Assembly (NCBI RefSeq): GCF_009914755.1
Contig: NC_060935.1
Strand: one strand, 5' to 3'
Source: the human T2T-CHM13v2.0 reference genome, Homo sapiens
Length of the DNA stretch: 64,000 bases
Both the position numbers and the translations under genes were made by a program. A model generated the notes under the pieces. The model was not told where the DNA came from. It ran no database searches and saw only the letters and a program-made list of their open reading frames with translations. Position 1 is the first letter of the stretch; every line of letters begins with the position of its first letter. Below are positions 14,470 to 29,159 of this stretch, piece after piece.

Positions 14470-17400
14470 TCAGGTGATGGATATGGTAATTAGCTTGATT
14501 TAGTCATTTCATAATAGATACCTATATCGAAATAGCATGTTGTATACCACAAACATACATACTTTTTATTTGTCAATTTTAAAAAGTTGTTTACGTAGAT
14601 GGAATCAAACAGTCAAAAACAAAAACACAAGAATACATAGAGAACAGTCAAGGTCCTGCCTCTGGATGGGCTGGTCCCTAAGGATACTAAATGAAGATGG
14701 CAGTGCTGGAGGGAGTCTTGAGCTTTTCAGTTGCTGAAAAGCTACCGGCTGGTCTGCAGTGAAAGAAGTTCCTATGGAAAAGACCAGAAGAGTCACTGCA
14801 GCTGAATGAGCCACCATTTGGCTTCACTGTGAGATTTCCTGGCTCTAGACCTTCCCGAGACAGATCTACACTTTCTTGGGGGCTCACTGTGTATAAACTT
14901 TCCTGAGGAGAAAGACTCTAATTGGTTTCCAGACTCATATGTATTCTTTTGGTTGGAACCTAAATTCTTACATTACAAGGAATGTTTCTACTACCAAAAG
15001 CATTTATTAATACATGAGAGAGACTGAACAAGGTAACAATAGAATTCCAAATAGCAATCAAGTTTCTCTGAAAAATATGACTATTTTATGTCCAAGAAGT
15101 TCTGTTAGCTCCTTGGCATTGATGTGATTTGGAAAATATCACTAATTTTTCTGAAGTGACAGATTTCCTTAGCCAAATGAATGGATTCCTTTTATCCAGG
15201 TCCTTAGAATCCTATCTCAGCAGCTTCCAGTCCACCCCTCTGGCCTGAAAATTGTATTGTTCATTACAGACAGTCTTGGACTATCAGTTGCAGAGAAAAT
15301 ACTCCATACAGAAGCCCCTTACTGCTGCTTACAGACCTTAAATATGAAACTGGTATCCAGAGTGAAAATGAAATCAGAGGACTTCTACCAGTAAAGCACC
15401 TTAGCAATGCCTGCGGAGTCCTCTGGGACTGAAAGTTACTGTTTGCAAGCTATGTTGATGATATACTTTTGGTTTAAAATAACCTTGAGTCCACAGAGCC
15501 CAGTGTTTGCTGCCATTTTTTAAGCTTGATGGTGAAAGGATCTGTTCAAATTAGCATGCCTTCCTTCAGAGGTGTCCAGGACACTTTGTGTCTATGTCAA
15601 CCAGTGGCATCTCTTACACATCATTAGCTTGGTCAATCCCTGTAGAGAAACTGAGGGATCTCAGTACAAAGAACAAGAACTGGATATATTAACTCCTTAT
15701 TTTGTGTTACCATGTGGTAGCCTTTCCTAATACGTACTCCCCATCACTTTCAGCCATTCCCAGTGCTGATGGAATAAATGTTTTTGAAGAGTAGAATCAG
15801 TTTTGTGGAGTGCATGTTTTAATGAATACAGTAATGTGTTTACCTCCCAATTTATCTTCTACATTTTGGCCATAAAATTTAACTGTATCTGAAGGATAAT
15901 TTAATAGTTCTGTAAAGAAAGGCAGCTTATAGCATGAAAAGCTTATAGCTTTTCCAAGTAAGAGGAAAAATTTAAGCTGGAGGTGGTTTTAAAAATCTTT
16001 CTAATATCCCTTACAAGAAATACCATCCTATCCATGCCCAGGGTCTTTGAGATTTGTAGATGGGAAATACTCCTAGTATTGGATGATTCCATTTCCACAA
16101 GGACTGGAACGTGTCAGAAGCACAATGAATGCCCTTTTTTTTTCTTAACTTTCTTTCCAACTTTATCATTATCATTGTCATCACTGTTAGGTTACGCACT
16201 GGTTTTGCCTAAAGCAACAAACCATCAAAAATTCACAGCCTTCAAGGCCGTCCCTAAGTTATCGGCACACATAGAATAAATCTTATATTAACATTATTGC
16301 ATATTTCTATCAGACTATGACTATCCAGTGATCTGACCAACTCCCTCCACCTTTGTAAGCAGAAAAGCTCCATCGATTTCCCCCAGACAAATGGAAATAT
16401 TACTTGGAGAATTTCAACCCCAGTGTTGCTTCTGCCTGAACTAACAAGAAGATTTCATCCTACATTGCATTCAGTCTTGCCTCCAGCTGTGAGAAATTCT
16501 GCCACGCTGGAATACGGACTTAGATGTGATACACAGTGGGCCATGAGTGATGTGCACCAGCCAGCAGAGGGACATTTTTCTAGGCAATGCTGTGGACTCC
16601 TAGAAGTAGGAACTGAGGCATACTTGGCTCTCTGTCCCCTAGCACATAACAGAAGATCCATGAATGCTTATTGAATTTCAACTAGCTCAGCTGAAGAGGC
16701 TGGTTCCAGCAAAGACAACTGGATGGCTCAAGACACAAAGTCTGACAGGTACAGTTTGTTCTGCACTGATTTAGGCAAGGCAAGGCTACTGGTAGGGTGC
16801 AGTGGGTGGGAGACAGAAGACAGGTGATGATGGAGTACTGAAAAGGGAAGAGCTCAGGTATTTGGAGAGATGTATATACATACAGGCAGGTGATGCCAAT
16901 TCAAGTGATGCATTCATTCTTAGCAGGACCTCAACCAGTAACTTGAGAGGACTGAGTTCAGGTAGTAGATTTCAGCACTTCCCCACCACCATCCCAGCAT
17001 GGAAGAAAGAAACTGACCTGAGTGTAAGTCCCAACCACAGAGATAGAGTTCAAGTTAGAACCCATTCATAAAGAGAGAAAGTATAATGCAAGACATAATC
17101 AGCAGGCCACCACAGGGCAGAGATGGTAGCAAATGCCCAGTTTGGCAAAGTCTCATCCTGAGTCAGGAAGTCCCAGGACTGTGGGGCACTCAAATAGTCA
17201 GAGTTCATTCTTGTCATTAGAACATCAAGTCTGGGAGTGTGACTTCACTCCAGGCTGTCCAGGTTATGGGCACCAGGCTGCTGTTGTAAGCTATGTCCTG
17301 ATCAGGAATGGCTGGAGGCTTTATGAGGTCCCAAATCTGCAGATAAGAGGAGCTGAGTGAGGCCAAAACAGGTAGCAAAGAGCCTACAGATTTTGCCCAG

Positions 17401-18040
17401 CCTGTTTCTACAGAAGGTTCAGAAACACAGTCGTTCAGGCTCCAATTGAACCAAGACAGTGTAGTCTGACAGAATAATTATTTAAAGATGATCTTAGCCT
17501 AAATTCGTTTCTTTGGTATGATTTGAAGGAAAGTAGCAGGTTATACAGTGTCTTTTTCTAGGCAGCAAATCCAAGTTCTTGGCTCCATAACTGTCTGGCA
17601 GAAGGTTTGGGAAGGTTGGTGAGTAAGCTAGATGTGTCTTGTTTTGGAGAATTTTGCCCAGTGTCAGCTCTACTCCCTTGATGTAACCAGGCAACTGGGT
17701 GATTTTATCAAGAATGAAAAAGCAGGAAAGGTGCCCAAGTTCCATAAATCAGTGCTCTGGGAAAAGGTACACTGGGGGCTTCTGGAAGATGGTGAAGACA
17801 AAATAAAGGAAAGAAACCACTCACAATGACCATGGCACAGGGAGTAAGAGAAAGAGATGACAGAAGTCTGATGGGAATAGGAAAAGAGTCTCATTTCCTC
17901 AAGATCCATGGTGTCCAGAGATTAAGAATGTTCCTCCTAAGGCCAACTGAAGCCTAGAAAAGGACACAAAGAAGCTCTTCCCTTCCTTCTCCTCACCATC
18001 ATTCAACCCTGAGTTCTTAAAAATTATACTCTATACCCAT

Positions 18041-18500
18041 TGAATTAGTTAGAGTTTAATCAGAAAAAGAGACCAGACCCCCTCCAGGTTTTCCAAACAG
18101 GAAAGATTTTAATATAAGGAATTACACACTTATACAACCATAACCATTGGAAAGACTTGGGTAGCAAAGATTAGGGCCAGAGGTGCTGCAAACTTCAGAT
18201 ATTGCAGGAAAGCTACAATCTCAGCTACCTGTAGCATTGAAGCAGATGATTCATAGGAACTAACCCGACAGCTCTGCAAGCCTCTCCTTTCTCCCGCTTC
18301 CCATCTGCCCACAATTGCTGTCAGAGAATAATGGCTTCTGCTTCAACTTTCACAAGAGTTTACAGAATCTAACAGGGAACCATCCAGTAAAGGAATTCTG
18401 GGTAATGTAATTGCAGATTTCTCTATAATGATGATGTAATGATGAAGATGATGTAGAAGGAGGTAGAGAAAATGCTGAGTCAACAGCAAACAATCTGGCA
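18041..18500. mobile_element. Ancient LTR remnant (LTR78/LTR79-like)
   Basis: tgaattagttagagtttaatcagaaaaagagacca...tttaatataaggaatt...ggaattctgggtaatgtaatt; family recalled from motifs only. Confidence 0.4.
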
Positions 18501-18817
18501 CCCATTGAGAATGGAGGGTTCGTGATTTCTTTTATCCTTAATGTGTGATTTTTAGATTTGAAGTTTGTTATTGATTCTGTATTGAGTATGTCTCTTTTCA
18601 CAGGCTTATCCTGAGTGTTTACAAAATGGCAAGAGATTGCTAGCTTATTTATTCATGCATTCTCTGAATACTTGCTGAGCTCTTTTTATGTGCCAGGTGC
18701 TGTTCTAGGTGCTGGGGACATATTGGTGAATAAAACAGACAAGATCCCTGCCATCATAGGCTTACATTCTAACCAGAATGTAAGACAGTAATAAAGAGGA
18801 AAATGAACAGGGTAATT

Positions 18818-19088
18818 TCTTTTTTTAACAGCTTTAGTAAGGTAAGTTTCACATATCATAAAATTCACTCATTTTCAGTGTACAATTCAATGACTTCTAG
18901 TAAATTTACTGAGTGGTACAACAATCACTATAGATAAGTTTTAGAACATTTTCATCCCCCTGGTAAAATCCCTCAGGTCCATTTACAGTTAATCCCTGTT
19001 CCCACCCCCAAGCCCAGGCCACCACTAATCTACTTTCAGTCTCTATAAATTTGCCTTTTCTGGGCACTTCATAGAAATGGAGTCATTC
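18818..19088 (-). mobile_element. L1MB-type 3' end
   Basis: ttttttaacagcttta...cataaaattcactcattttcagtgtacaattcaatga...ccactaatctactttc.gtctctataaatttgccttttctgg. Confidence 0.85.
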
Positions 19089-20899
19089 CAGTAACTTCAA
19101 TTTGAGATAAATATGATTCCAGTGAATCAGAGAGATGTGACAGAGCTACTGGAGCAGCAGAAGGACTACTGCTTATTTGGGACAGTGGAAGAAAACTTTC
19201 CGAGAAAGACCAACATTTGAGCTGAGATACACCTTGTCAGATATATGAGACATATATTGTCAGGACCATGAGGTAGAGAATGGGTTGCTCCATATTAAAT
19301 ACACTAAAATACACCAATACACAATACAAATCGTGGCTTGGAGATGATGGGAGAGTTTCCTTCCTTCTCACCAGTCACTGTGTTATGGCAACAGTCATGC
19401 CCAAGGAAGGCAGTCTCGGGAGACCTGTGGGCACCTGGAGGAGCACAGTCTTGTGGAGAGAACTCAAAAAGAGATGGAAGACTTGGAAGAAAGGGATAAA
19501 GGCCTCTGTCTTCCCTGTAAAGAACATAGTCCTCAGACTCTACTGACAAAGCCCAGTGCCCTACCAGAAGACCCAGCACAAGAAGCGATGGTACCAAACA
19601 AGAGCATCTACTTCAACTCCTCCCCTGGCCCAGAAGCTAGGCCAGAGCACAGCAAACTTTCAGCCATCAGAGCAGTATCAGGGAGGCAAGGGTTAAGACT
19701 TTGGGATCAGACAGTTTTTCAAATTCACTTCCTTGTTATGACCTGAGTTGCCATTTCTCCATCTGTGAAATGGGAATAAAAACTCATCTCACAGAACTAT
19801 TTTGAGGATGAAATGTGGTAATATATGGAGGCAATTGATCCAGTGCTTACCACACCATAAGTCCTCAATATGTGACACTATTTGTTACTTTGAAGGAAGG
19901 AACAGCACACTCAAGAACTAGATAGGTAAAGGAGAACATGAGGTTATACCCTATTTGGTAGATCAGTGTTAACTACTCCAGCGGCCACATGCCTTCTAAA
20001 AAGAAGGCTACCAGGGCTGCTACCAGGCAAATAGAGTAAAATGACTTGTCTCTCAGAAGCAGCCAGGGACAGGTAAGACTGAACCAATTCTGCAAATGCA
20101 GGAGCTTAGAGTACAAGGTGACTATGAGGTTAAGAACCACCACCCCACCCAGGGAATGCACTAAAATCTTGGGGAGTCTATTGGCTATCTACTGAGATGC
20201 AATGTGGGCTAGGCCCAGTCTTATCATAAGGAGCAAGAAACTCAACAGAAATCAGAGTTAGGGCAGCTATGATTATTATCACCCACACAGCCCAATTTGA
20301 CAGATGAGAAAACTAGCCATTAAAGAGCTAAGCAGATAAGGAGGATGAAGCTGTGGGCCTTCAAAAGCTAAAAACATGAAGTGAGGGAGGGGACAAAACC
20401 ATGACCTGGGGACTCTGCAGTATTCTCATCACTATCTCTCCAAATTCCTTTTCCTGAAACTGAGACAAAAACCCTAAAAGGATTGTCTTTAGCTAGTAAA
20501 ACCCATTAACAGGATGAAAGTAGCACCTGCAGTGTCTGCATGGGTCATTGCTTGCATAGAGTTTCATTTCAGAATTCAATTCAGTAAATAATTCAAATGA
20601 AATACAAGGAAATTCACCCCTTAGTCCTGGGGCTTTCAAAAGGTGATATTAATTAATACTGATGAAAGTCAGCCAGCAACCAACTATCTTTCTCTGCCAT
20701 CTTCCAAGGGGACTGTTTTTACTTCTTTTCAAAATCTGTAATAAAAGACTTTTGAAGAGGCCTGCCATGTAAAATTTATTCAACTGAGCCCAGCCCTAAA
20801 TGAAGATAGCATTGGCCTTCTCTGACAGAGGAGATAACTGAACAACACTCCATGATTAGAAGACAGAGAGGCGCATGTTACCACTTTCAAGAGCAAAGT

Positions 20900-21890
20900 C
20901 TCAGCAGTCATCAGAGCCAGATTAAATCCTGGCGCTGCCACTTAACCAAGTCATTTAATCTCTCTGTGCCTCAGTTTCTTTCTCTGTAAGAAAATGGGAC
21001 AAATAATAGTTCCTACATCATAGACTTGTTATGAGAATTAAAAGAGATAATTCATGCAATGCATTTTGTAGAGTACTTGTCAAGTTATTAGTGCAATAGA
21101 TCATATATTCAAACATAAGTGGTTGCCATGGACCATGCTGGGAGCTGGGGCACGGGCATTCCTGGTGTAAAGGAACAGGTGTGGGGCTAGGAGAATGCAT
21201 GCCTGAGTTTCAGTCCTGGCTCTTCCCTTGACTAGTTGTTCAGACGTAGTTGAGTCCCCTCACCTCCTTGAGCTTCAGTTTCCTCACCCAGAAAATGGGA
21301 GTGACAGTACATAGCCCAGGCTTATGATGAGGAACAAACAAAATCATGATTTTTGTAAAGCACTCTAAAAGTACAAAAGATATTATTACTGACTTGTGGA
21401 TTACTTGGGCATTTTGTTTCTCTTCTTTTTCTCATTTGGTCTGCTCCTTTTGGGCCTATTTTCTTTTCTTCATGTTACCAAACCAGGAGTGACTGAAGGG
21501 AAGGAGGGCAGATTGCACATACCTCAGTCTATTTCATCAGAGATTGTTAAACTGTATTTTTGGTGAGAGAAGAAGTTGAAGATGTGATTGATTCATGGCA
21601 GAGATCCTGAAGAGGTGGTACATGTCCATTGTTCAGGGTAAATTGAGGTTAGTATGAAGAGATCATATTTGGGAATGAGATCTGTGTTTCAACTTTTAAA
21701 AAATTATTATTCCACTACCTTTCTATCTGTGTGACCATAGATGAGTTACTTAACTTCTCTGAGTCTCAATTTCTTCATCTATAACACTGGCATAAATATA
21801 CCTAATATGTAGAGTTGTCAGCTTTAAACATAAAGTAGGCAAGATACACTGTCTAGACATATTGGGTGTTCACAAGTGGTAGTTATTCTA
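20900..21890 (+). mobile_element. Cluster of three MIR fragments (~20900-21120, 21200-21390, 21700-21890)
   Basis: Repeated MIR core (ctctctgtgcctcagtttc; gagcttcagtttcctcacc; cttctctgagtctcaatttcttcatctataa). Confidence 0.7.
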
Positions 21891-22199
21891 AATTGAAATC
21901 TTTACATCAAGTCTTTCAAATCCTAACTATGGTAATGAATTTTTAGCACTACTTTATGAAATACAATAAAGTCCCAGCCGGCAGACTCAAGTGCCACTTC
22001 TTCATTATCCTCCTTTTCCCTTCAGACCCCTGCTTCTTGCCTCAAACATCACCTTATAATTCATCAAGTCACAGGATTTCACATAGTTCTTTGTGGTATC
22101 TCCGGAGCTTCTTCCTTTCAAACTAGTGTCTTTGTCCTTCACAGAGGCAAGAATCTATGGGATTAATCACTCTCCAGAACTGGTGTTCTATCAATAGAG

Positions 22200-22850
22200 G
22201 GATACTGAGTGCTACCATGTGCAAGTTAGTATTCTGCAAAGCCCCAGGGATAGGTAATCATGCAATGCACAGTCCCTGAGCCTCTAGAGAGAGAGGCCTG
22301 TCCAATCCACAGTGGCAGTGACATAGGGCCAGGGCTGTGACAGCACAAACCCAAAGCTCTGAGAGAACCAACACTACTGCTGGACAGCCAGAGATGACAA
22401 TCCTTAGGCTGGGCCTCAGAGAATAGGCAAGAGTTTGACAGGTGGTCAATGGAGGTTAAGGACTCCAAGCAGAGGAACCATACGTGCAAAGGCACAGAGA
22501 CTTGGGAATTCTGAGAAGTTTGGGTAGGCTGGAAGATGGTAGATTAGGAAGGTGGTAGAAGAAGAGATTGGAAAAGCAGTACAGGAAAAGTTGTTAAGGA
22601 TATGAACTAGAACAGTGGTGCTGAAGAGGGAAAAATATATATAAAAGACATCTCTGAGGTTGCATCATCAGTTCTTGGCAACCAAAGACACTGGCAAAGG
22701 AATGAAGAGGAACATCTAAGATGACTCTCAGGTATGTGACTTGGAGGTGTGTGGAGTGGGTGGTGGCTCCATTGGCTGAGATGGGGTCCTCACAGGAAAA
22801 ACAGGGAGGTGTGCATTTTGAGCTCTATCTAGTATCTGTTGAATTTCAGA
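22200..22850 (-). mobile_element. L2 fragments
   Basis: tactgagtgctaccatgtgcaag; tgcaaaggcacagag; agatgactctcaggt..gacttggagg; gttgaatttcagatgc. Confidence 0.6.
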
Positions 22851-25388
22851 TGCATGTAAGTACCTTCCATGCCAGGTGGGTTCCCAGTCAAAATATGTCC
22901 AAACTGTAACTCTGTTTGAGCTCTGCCATCTGTGCTGGTTGAAGCATATATCCTTCTCCCTAAGTGGCCATGTCCACTTAAGGCAGTTAGATCTGCGAAA
23001 GTGTCTGGACTGAGCATAAGGCTTGAGCAGTCATCTTCATTAATGCAGTCACTGAAACTGTGAGGTAGAAAAGGCACTTTTTTGAGCCCCAGATCATAGC
23101 TCCTGGAAGAGGGAGGAACTTGTGAAAGGAGCTTGATGAATTACTGCTACCTGGTTGATTCTTTTGACTCAGCTCTCCCCCTCCCTACTTCATCTTTTCT
23201 ATAGTTTTCACGTCTTTCTTCTTTTCATCTCCTCCTGCTTCTCCTTTGCAGCTCCCGGTGAATGCTTGATGAATCCTGGCTTAGCGAATAGGCTAAACCC
23301 TCCACTTAGAAAACAAGCCCTAGCTTTTATCTTCCTCTGCGGTTTTGGGTTTGCCAGAATCAAAGTAACATTAGCACGATTTGTTTGGATTAGCATGAAG
23401 ACTTCTAGTCCACTCCTTTGCAATATTCCATATTTTAATAACTTTAATAATTACAGCTTCCTTTTTCTAATTAAGAGCTTAGAGAGAGACCTTGGAGAGG
23501 GACCAAAACAGTGGTGTTTGGTATGGTGGCAAATAGGAAGAAAAGTTCGCATAGCAGAATCAATATTCGGAGCTGGCTATGAAGCACTTGGATTTTAATT
23601 CTGTGAACATTTATTGTGCCCATGCTGTGAACAAGGGCTTGAATGCTGGAGATTACAGATGTGCAGAAGGTTCCTCTGCAAATCTGTTTGTTTGGGATCC
23701 AATTAGGATGCCTTGGGTTGCATTCTGACAATAGCATTAATTCTGTAACAATATTCTCCTGGTGATGTGGTCAGCAGGCCCTAGCATTTAGGGTAAAGTC
23801 CAGACCACCTTGACTCTATCTCACTGCTCTGACTTCAGAGATAGGCACTGATGGCTAAGCAGAAGTTCCCACAGGGGAGTTGCCTTCAAACTACAGAAGG
23901 TGCATCCTATCCTCTGCTCCAAGAACATCTATCACATTAGGATATGTTCTCTTCACCTGAAGCTAACCTAAAGGGCCCAGCAAACCCTCAGAACCCTCGC
24001 TGTAGCTTTTTCTATTGCCCAGCACTGCGTGAATGTGGAGTGAAGGCCACACGATGAAAGCACAGCCCTCTAGCATGGGATGAACCCAGAGCCTCAAGAG
24101 GGCAAAGTATCGTCCATGCTGGCAAAGCTGCCAGCCTGGAGATCAGAGCAGGAGGCGGATCTTCTGCTCCTAATTGACAACCCAGCCACAGCCTTTACAC
24201 AGTGTGACTTTCTATTTGAAGCCCAGCTCAGGAATGAACTGTTCTGGGATCAGTTCTGGGATCTTCCACGTCACAGACCCAGAGTCACCATCCTCTTCCC
24301 TCCTGAAGCCTGTCTTCAAGAGCTGAAAAGCTTTTATTTTCAACTCTCACATGAGGGATTGTGGATCCCCCTTTTGTGTCAATCATACTACACCTACTCT
24401 TTTAACAAAATCTATCTTTAGTGCCTTTCGAAGGAAGACCCACCAACGGATTCGACTTCTATCTTTCTAAGGAATGCCAGTCTCGGATTCAGAGGTAGCT
24501 TTCTACATCTTCTCACTGAAGAGACAAAAATGCACAAATTCAGTCTCAAGTGGGCCACCCTTCTGGCAGAGACTCTAAACCCCAGAGATAAGTTTGGTGC
24601 CACCTCTGCCTCAGAGGAATCAGACAGACATGGGCAATACGCTCTTACAAGGCAGAACTGACTACATGCAAAATACAGGCTCAAAAAAGCTCACATACTT
24701 CTGACATGGTGACATGGTAAGTTGGGAACAGTTTCACAGAGGAGGTATTCCATCTGGGACCTTGAGGATAAGAAAGATTTAATAGATGAATATTAAGGGA
24801 AATGGCATTCTGGGGTCAGGGTGCAGAATAAGCCAGTCAGGGGAGCTTGAAAATGCAAGCTCTATTTAGGGAATAATGATGGGTCTGGTATTGATAGAGT
24901 AGGATTCACACAGGGCTGAATGGGACAAGAAGCTGAAAATGTCTAATGACACCCAACCAGAAGACCTTTAGTGCTGTGATAAGAATTGGTTCTCTATGCT
25001 GTAGGGGATGGAAAACCACCTGCGCAGGTTTACAAAGAGAGGAGTGGTCCAGTCCGATCTTTCCTCAGCAAATGAACTTTAGGAGAACCACTGCTTATCC
25101 ATGTGAGGGATGAAGAAATAAGCAGCAGGCCAGCAGCTTGAAAGCTATTGCTACCAGCCAGAAAATGAGAGACAAAACCAGGGTAAGGGCAGTAGGAAGC
25201 AAAAGGAGAGATGGTACAGAGTATTAGTCAGTTTCTGCAATTGACTAGCTGAGGTGTCATTGTCTGGGTAAACGTTTGGTCTGCCTCACTTGAGTATAAG
25301 TCCCTTGAAAACAGAAACCATGTCTTACTCATCGTTGTGCCTTTGGTGCTTTACAGGATACCTGGCAGACTGGTGACTGTCATTATAA

Positions 25389-25567
25389 CAGATATTCTAA
25401 AATGGTGACCTTAGGTGGGCTTCAAGGGGGCGTGCAAATCCTCCCAAAACTATACACATTATTTTGTGTGTCTGTATATTGGGCATCTTCCTCTTGGAGA
25501 GGGTCTATAACTTTGATCAAGTCCTCAAAGAGCTCTGTGACCCAAAAAACGGTTGGGAGCAACTGCT
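25389..25567. mobile_element. MER103-like hAT-Charlie element
   Basis: ggtgggcttcaaggggg...ggagagggtctataactttgatcaagtcctcaaagagctctgtgacccaaaaaacggtt. Confidence 0.7.
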
Positions 25568-26195
25568 CTAGAAATTTGTTGTCTTCATAAATGTTTCTGA
25601 CTCTTAGTTTCTGTTTTTATCCCTTCTCTAAGTACCAACTTCCTACATAAAAAAGGACAAGGTCAACAACATTAAATGGACACTTTGAGCATTATTCATT
25701 TTATTTGTAGTAAAAGCCCAACATATAAATTCAGCTATGAGTCTAAGTTATGCTGAAACACTGAAAGACATTTTCCCTGCCCATAACTGACCTCATTCTC
25801 TGGTAACACATCCCATTTCAGAACCTACTCTCTAATAGCTGATGCTTCTATGAGAATGTAAATCAATTTTAATTTGGACTTTAGCTTCTGCAGCAAGTGC
25901 CTTTGAAGAAGCACCTTCCTAAGAATGCCAACTTGCACCTTTACAGCCTGATAATTGGGATAGAGGCTTGACTGCCACCCATTTCCTTTCTATGAGGATG
26001 TGGGGGGTAGCGTTTCTGGGAAACTGACACCTTCGCCAAACATTAAGAGATATTATATTGTTCAAACTTAGCCTAAAGAAGGAACTTGTGCCACTTCTGC
26101 ATGCCAAAGCAGTCTGGGGGATGTGGTTTGGATGCCAAACTATTGGATTTTCTATGATATCCCGATGGTTTAGGGGGACTACATAAGTGATTGTT

Positions 26196-26588
<393 letters not shown>

Positions 26589-27109
26589 TCAAGAAAATGT
26601 GCAGTCTAGTTGGGTTGATAGTATGCACACACAAGAAAAAAATAAACCTACTTGACAAAGGAACAAGGCAGTGAATGTTCAGTGTAAGGTAAATTATTCA
26701 GATAAGGGGAAGGGAGGGTGAAGGAATTCAGAGAAAAAAGCTGCCACTAGGCAGGAAAGCGCTCACAGAAAAATATGCATAAATAAGGGGCAAAGACAAG
26801 GAATTAACATACTATGAACATCGTGCTCTCATATTTAACTTCATCCTTATGCCTCAAACATTTAGAGAGTGCCTACTATGTGCCAGATACAACATCAGGT
26901 GATTTTACGTATATTATCTGTTAATCCTCACAACTATATATGAGGTAGGGATTATTCTTCTCATTTCATGAATGAGAACTGAAGCTCAGAAAGGGTAAAT
27001 AACTTTCCCAGAACACACAGCTAGTAAATGGCTGAGCCAGAATGAAAACCCAGGTCTCTCTGACTCCGAAGACTACATTCTTTCTATACCACAGTGTCCA
27101 TAAAAAGCT

Positions 27110-27450
27110 ACTAAGACAAAGTGGATGAACCTCAAAAACATTATGCTAAGTAGAAGAAGCCAGGCACAAAACGTCATGTATTGTATGATTCTATTTATAT
27201 GAAATATCCAGAGTAGGTAAATCCATAGAGACAGAAAGCAGACCAGTGTTTGCCAGGGACCTGGGAAAGCGGTGAAAGGCAAATGACTGCTTAATGGGTA
27301 CAGTTTCCTTTGAGGGTGATAAAAATGACTTGGAACTAGACAGAGATGATGGTTGCACAACTACTGAATTACTAAATGCCACTGAATTGTACACTTTAAA
27401 TGGTTAACTGTTAATTTTATGTTATGCAAATTTTACCTGTATTTTTAAAA
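27110..27450 (+). mobile_element. L1MB-type 3' end
   Basis: ggatgaacctcaaaaacattatgctaagt...aatccatagagacagaaagcaga...gccactgaattgtacactttaaatgg. Confidence 0.88.
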
Positions 27451-29159
27451 GCTATTAGAAAGGAGAGTTTGAGGAGACAAAACCAGGGAAATGGAACACT
27501 CATCATATTTGGGGAACAATGAGGAGACTGAGCCAAGTGGAGCAGCACGAAGAGCCAACATTTTCTTCTCAGCTCAGATGAAGAATTTGGGTAAAAGTGT
27601 GAGTAACTTTCCTTAGTTTAGAGTGAGAGAATTCCCAGGCACAGACACCTGCCTTCCTTAATCACAGAAAGAGCTGCCCTAGCTGGTCCAAAATGCCTCT
27701 GGTTGCATTTTGGTGTTAGGAGGGGTGAACGCCACCTCTCCTGTGGGTCTCCTAAATTCAGCAGACACAGTATTCTGCTTGAGCATTCCCAAGTGATTCC
27801 TCAATCTACGAAATGTGGTTATTTCTTGGTTACTGAGGGGCAACTCTAAATCTCTGTAAACCTGAAATACGTGGAATCATCTCTTTACTAATGAGGGTGC
27901 GCAACCGGCCATCCTGCATCTTATCTCCTGTGGGCTGGCTTTGATCTTGGCATTGAGGGTGCAGCAACTCTCAGGAAGGGTCTCAGGAGCCACTTGAGAT
28001 ATTTGATTGTCTTTACTGCCTCTTATGTGAGATGTAATAGGCACTAAAGCAACTCATGTGGATGGGAACTTCCGCAGGCCAAGGCACACCCCCAGTCAAG
28101 GGTCTGCCATCCAAGCTGCAGCAAGCCTGGCACAGACCTACCTCAGAGCATCACTTTCCTTCCAAGCTCTTTGGGAAATGTTTGCCTTCACTCCACACGC
28201 TCCTCTCAGATGTACACGCACCATTGACGGTGGCTTCTATTTACTCAGAGTTTCACTGTGCAAACGAATCTTTTCAAAGCCCTGCAGCCTTTCTGGCAGC
28301 AAGAAGGAGGCAGCATATGTGAGTGGGCTCTACTGCTTTCCCTCCCTTCCCCAGTGCCTGGGACGTGGCTGCCCTGGTCGGCCTGTAGCGCAGTTTCCTC
28401 CATAGAATAGGCTCTGCTCCTGGAAGGTGTCTACTGAGTGGGTCTGGGATACAAGAACTAGCCTCTTCAGCTGCCCGCTCATGCCCATTATTGGGGTAAT
28501 GGTAGTGCCCAGAAAGGGTGCTTCCCACAGACCAGTTCAGAGTTTTGCATGGTGTCAACTATGATGCTGAAAGTCACATTCTGTGTAGGATCCAGTAAGA
28601 ATTCTACAAGGTGTCCTGTGCAGTGGTGCACATAGGATTCCATCCAGTGCCTAATGCATTATCCACTCAAGTGCTCTATGCAGTGACCACCCTCAGCCCA
28701 GGGAGTTATAAGGTAGTGCTGCCTGGGCAATGACCAGTGAGATGACCTCAGCCATCCCAAACATACAATCTGGCCAAGAGTTCTATGCCATGCTCAGCTC
28801 AATTCCCCACAGAGTGCTCCAAGCTAAGCCCAGCATGAGGTCTGACACTGTGCTGAATATAATTCCTAGTGCCCAATGAGTGCCCACTGGATGCCCTTCA
28901 AGGTGGCCAATGAATGGACTTCACACCCCAGTGAGTGACACACCTGGGAAGTTCTCTCTTGCCCAAACCCCCCCTGCTAGGGAGAAGTAGGACCACCCCT
29001 CTGACCTCCTGATAAATCTCAACCTCACTGCCAGCCTCTCCACAGGCTCTTGGTGTCTTTAAAAAGCCACACAATATTATTTTATCTAAACAAGCAACTT
29101 GCTCTAAACCTGAAGCCAACCAAGAAAACATAAAACCCGAATACTAACATAACAAAGTT

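Noticed and set aside
23155-23598. 147-aa hydrophobic ORF
   Set aside because: Non-ATG start; hydrophobicity follows from the pyrimidine tract; no family similarity
28056-28405. ORFs ending near a plus-strand GTGAGT donor at 28319
   Set aside because: No clear acceptor, no protein similarity and no partner exons
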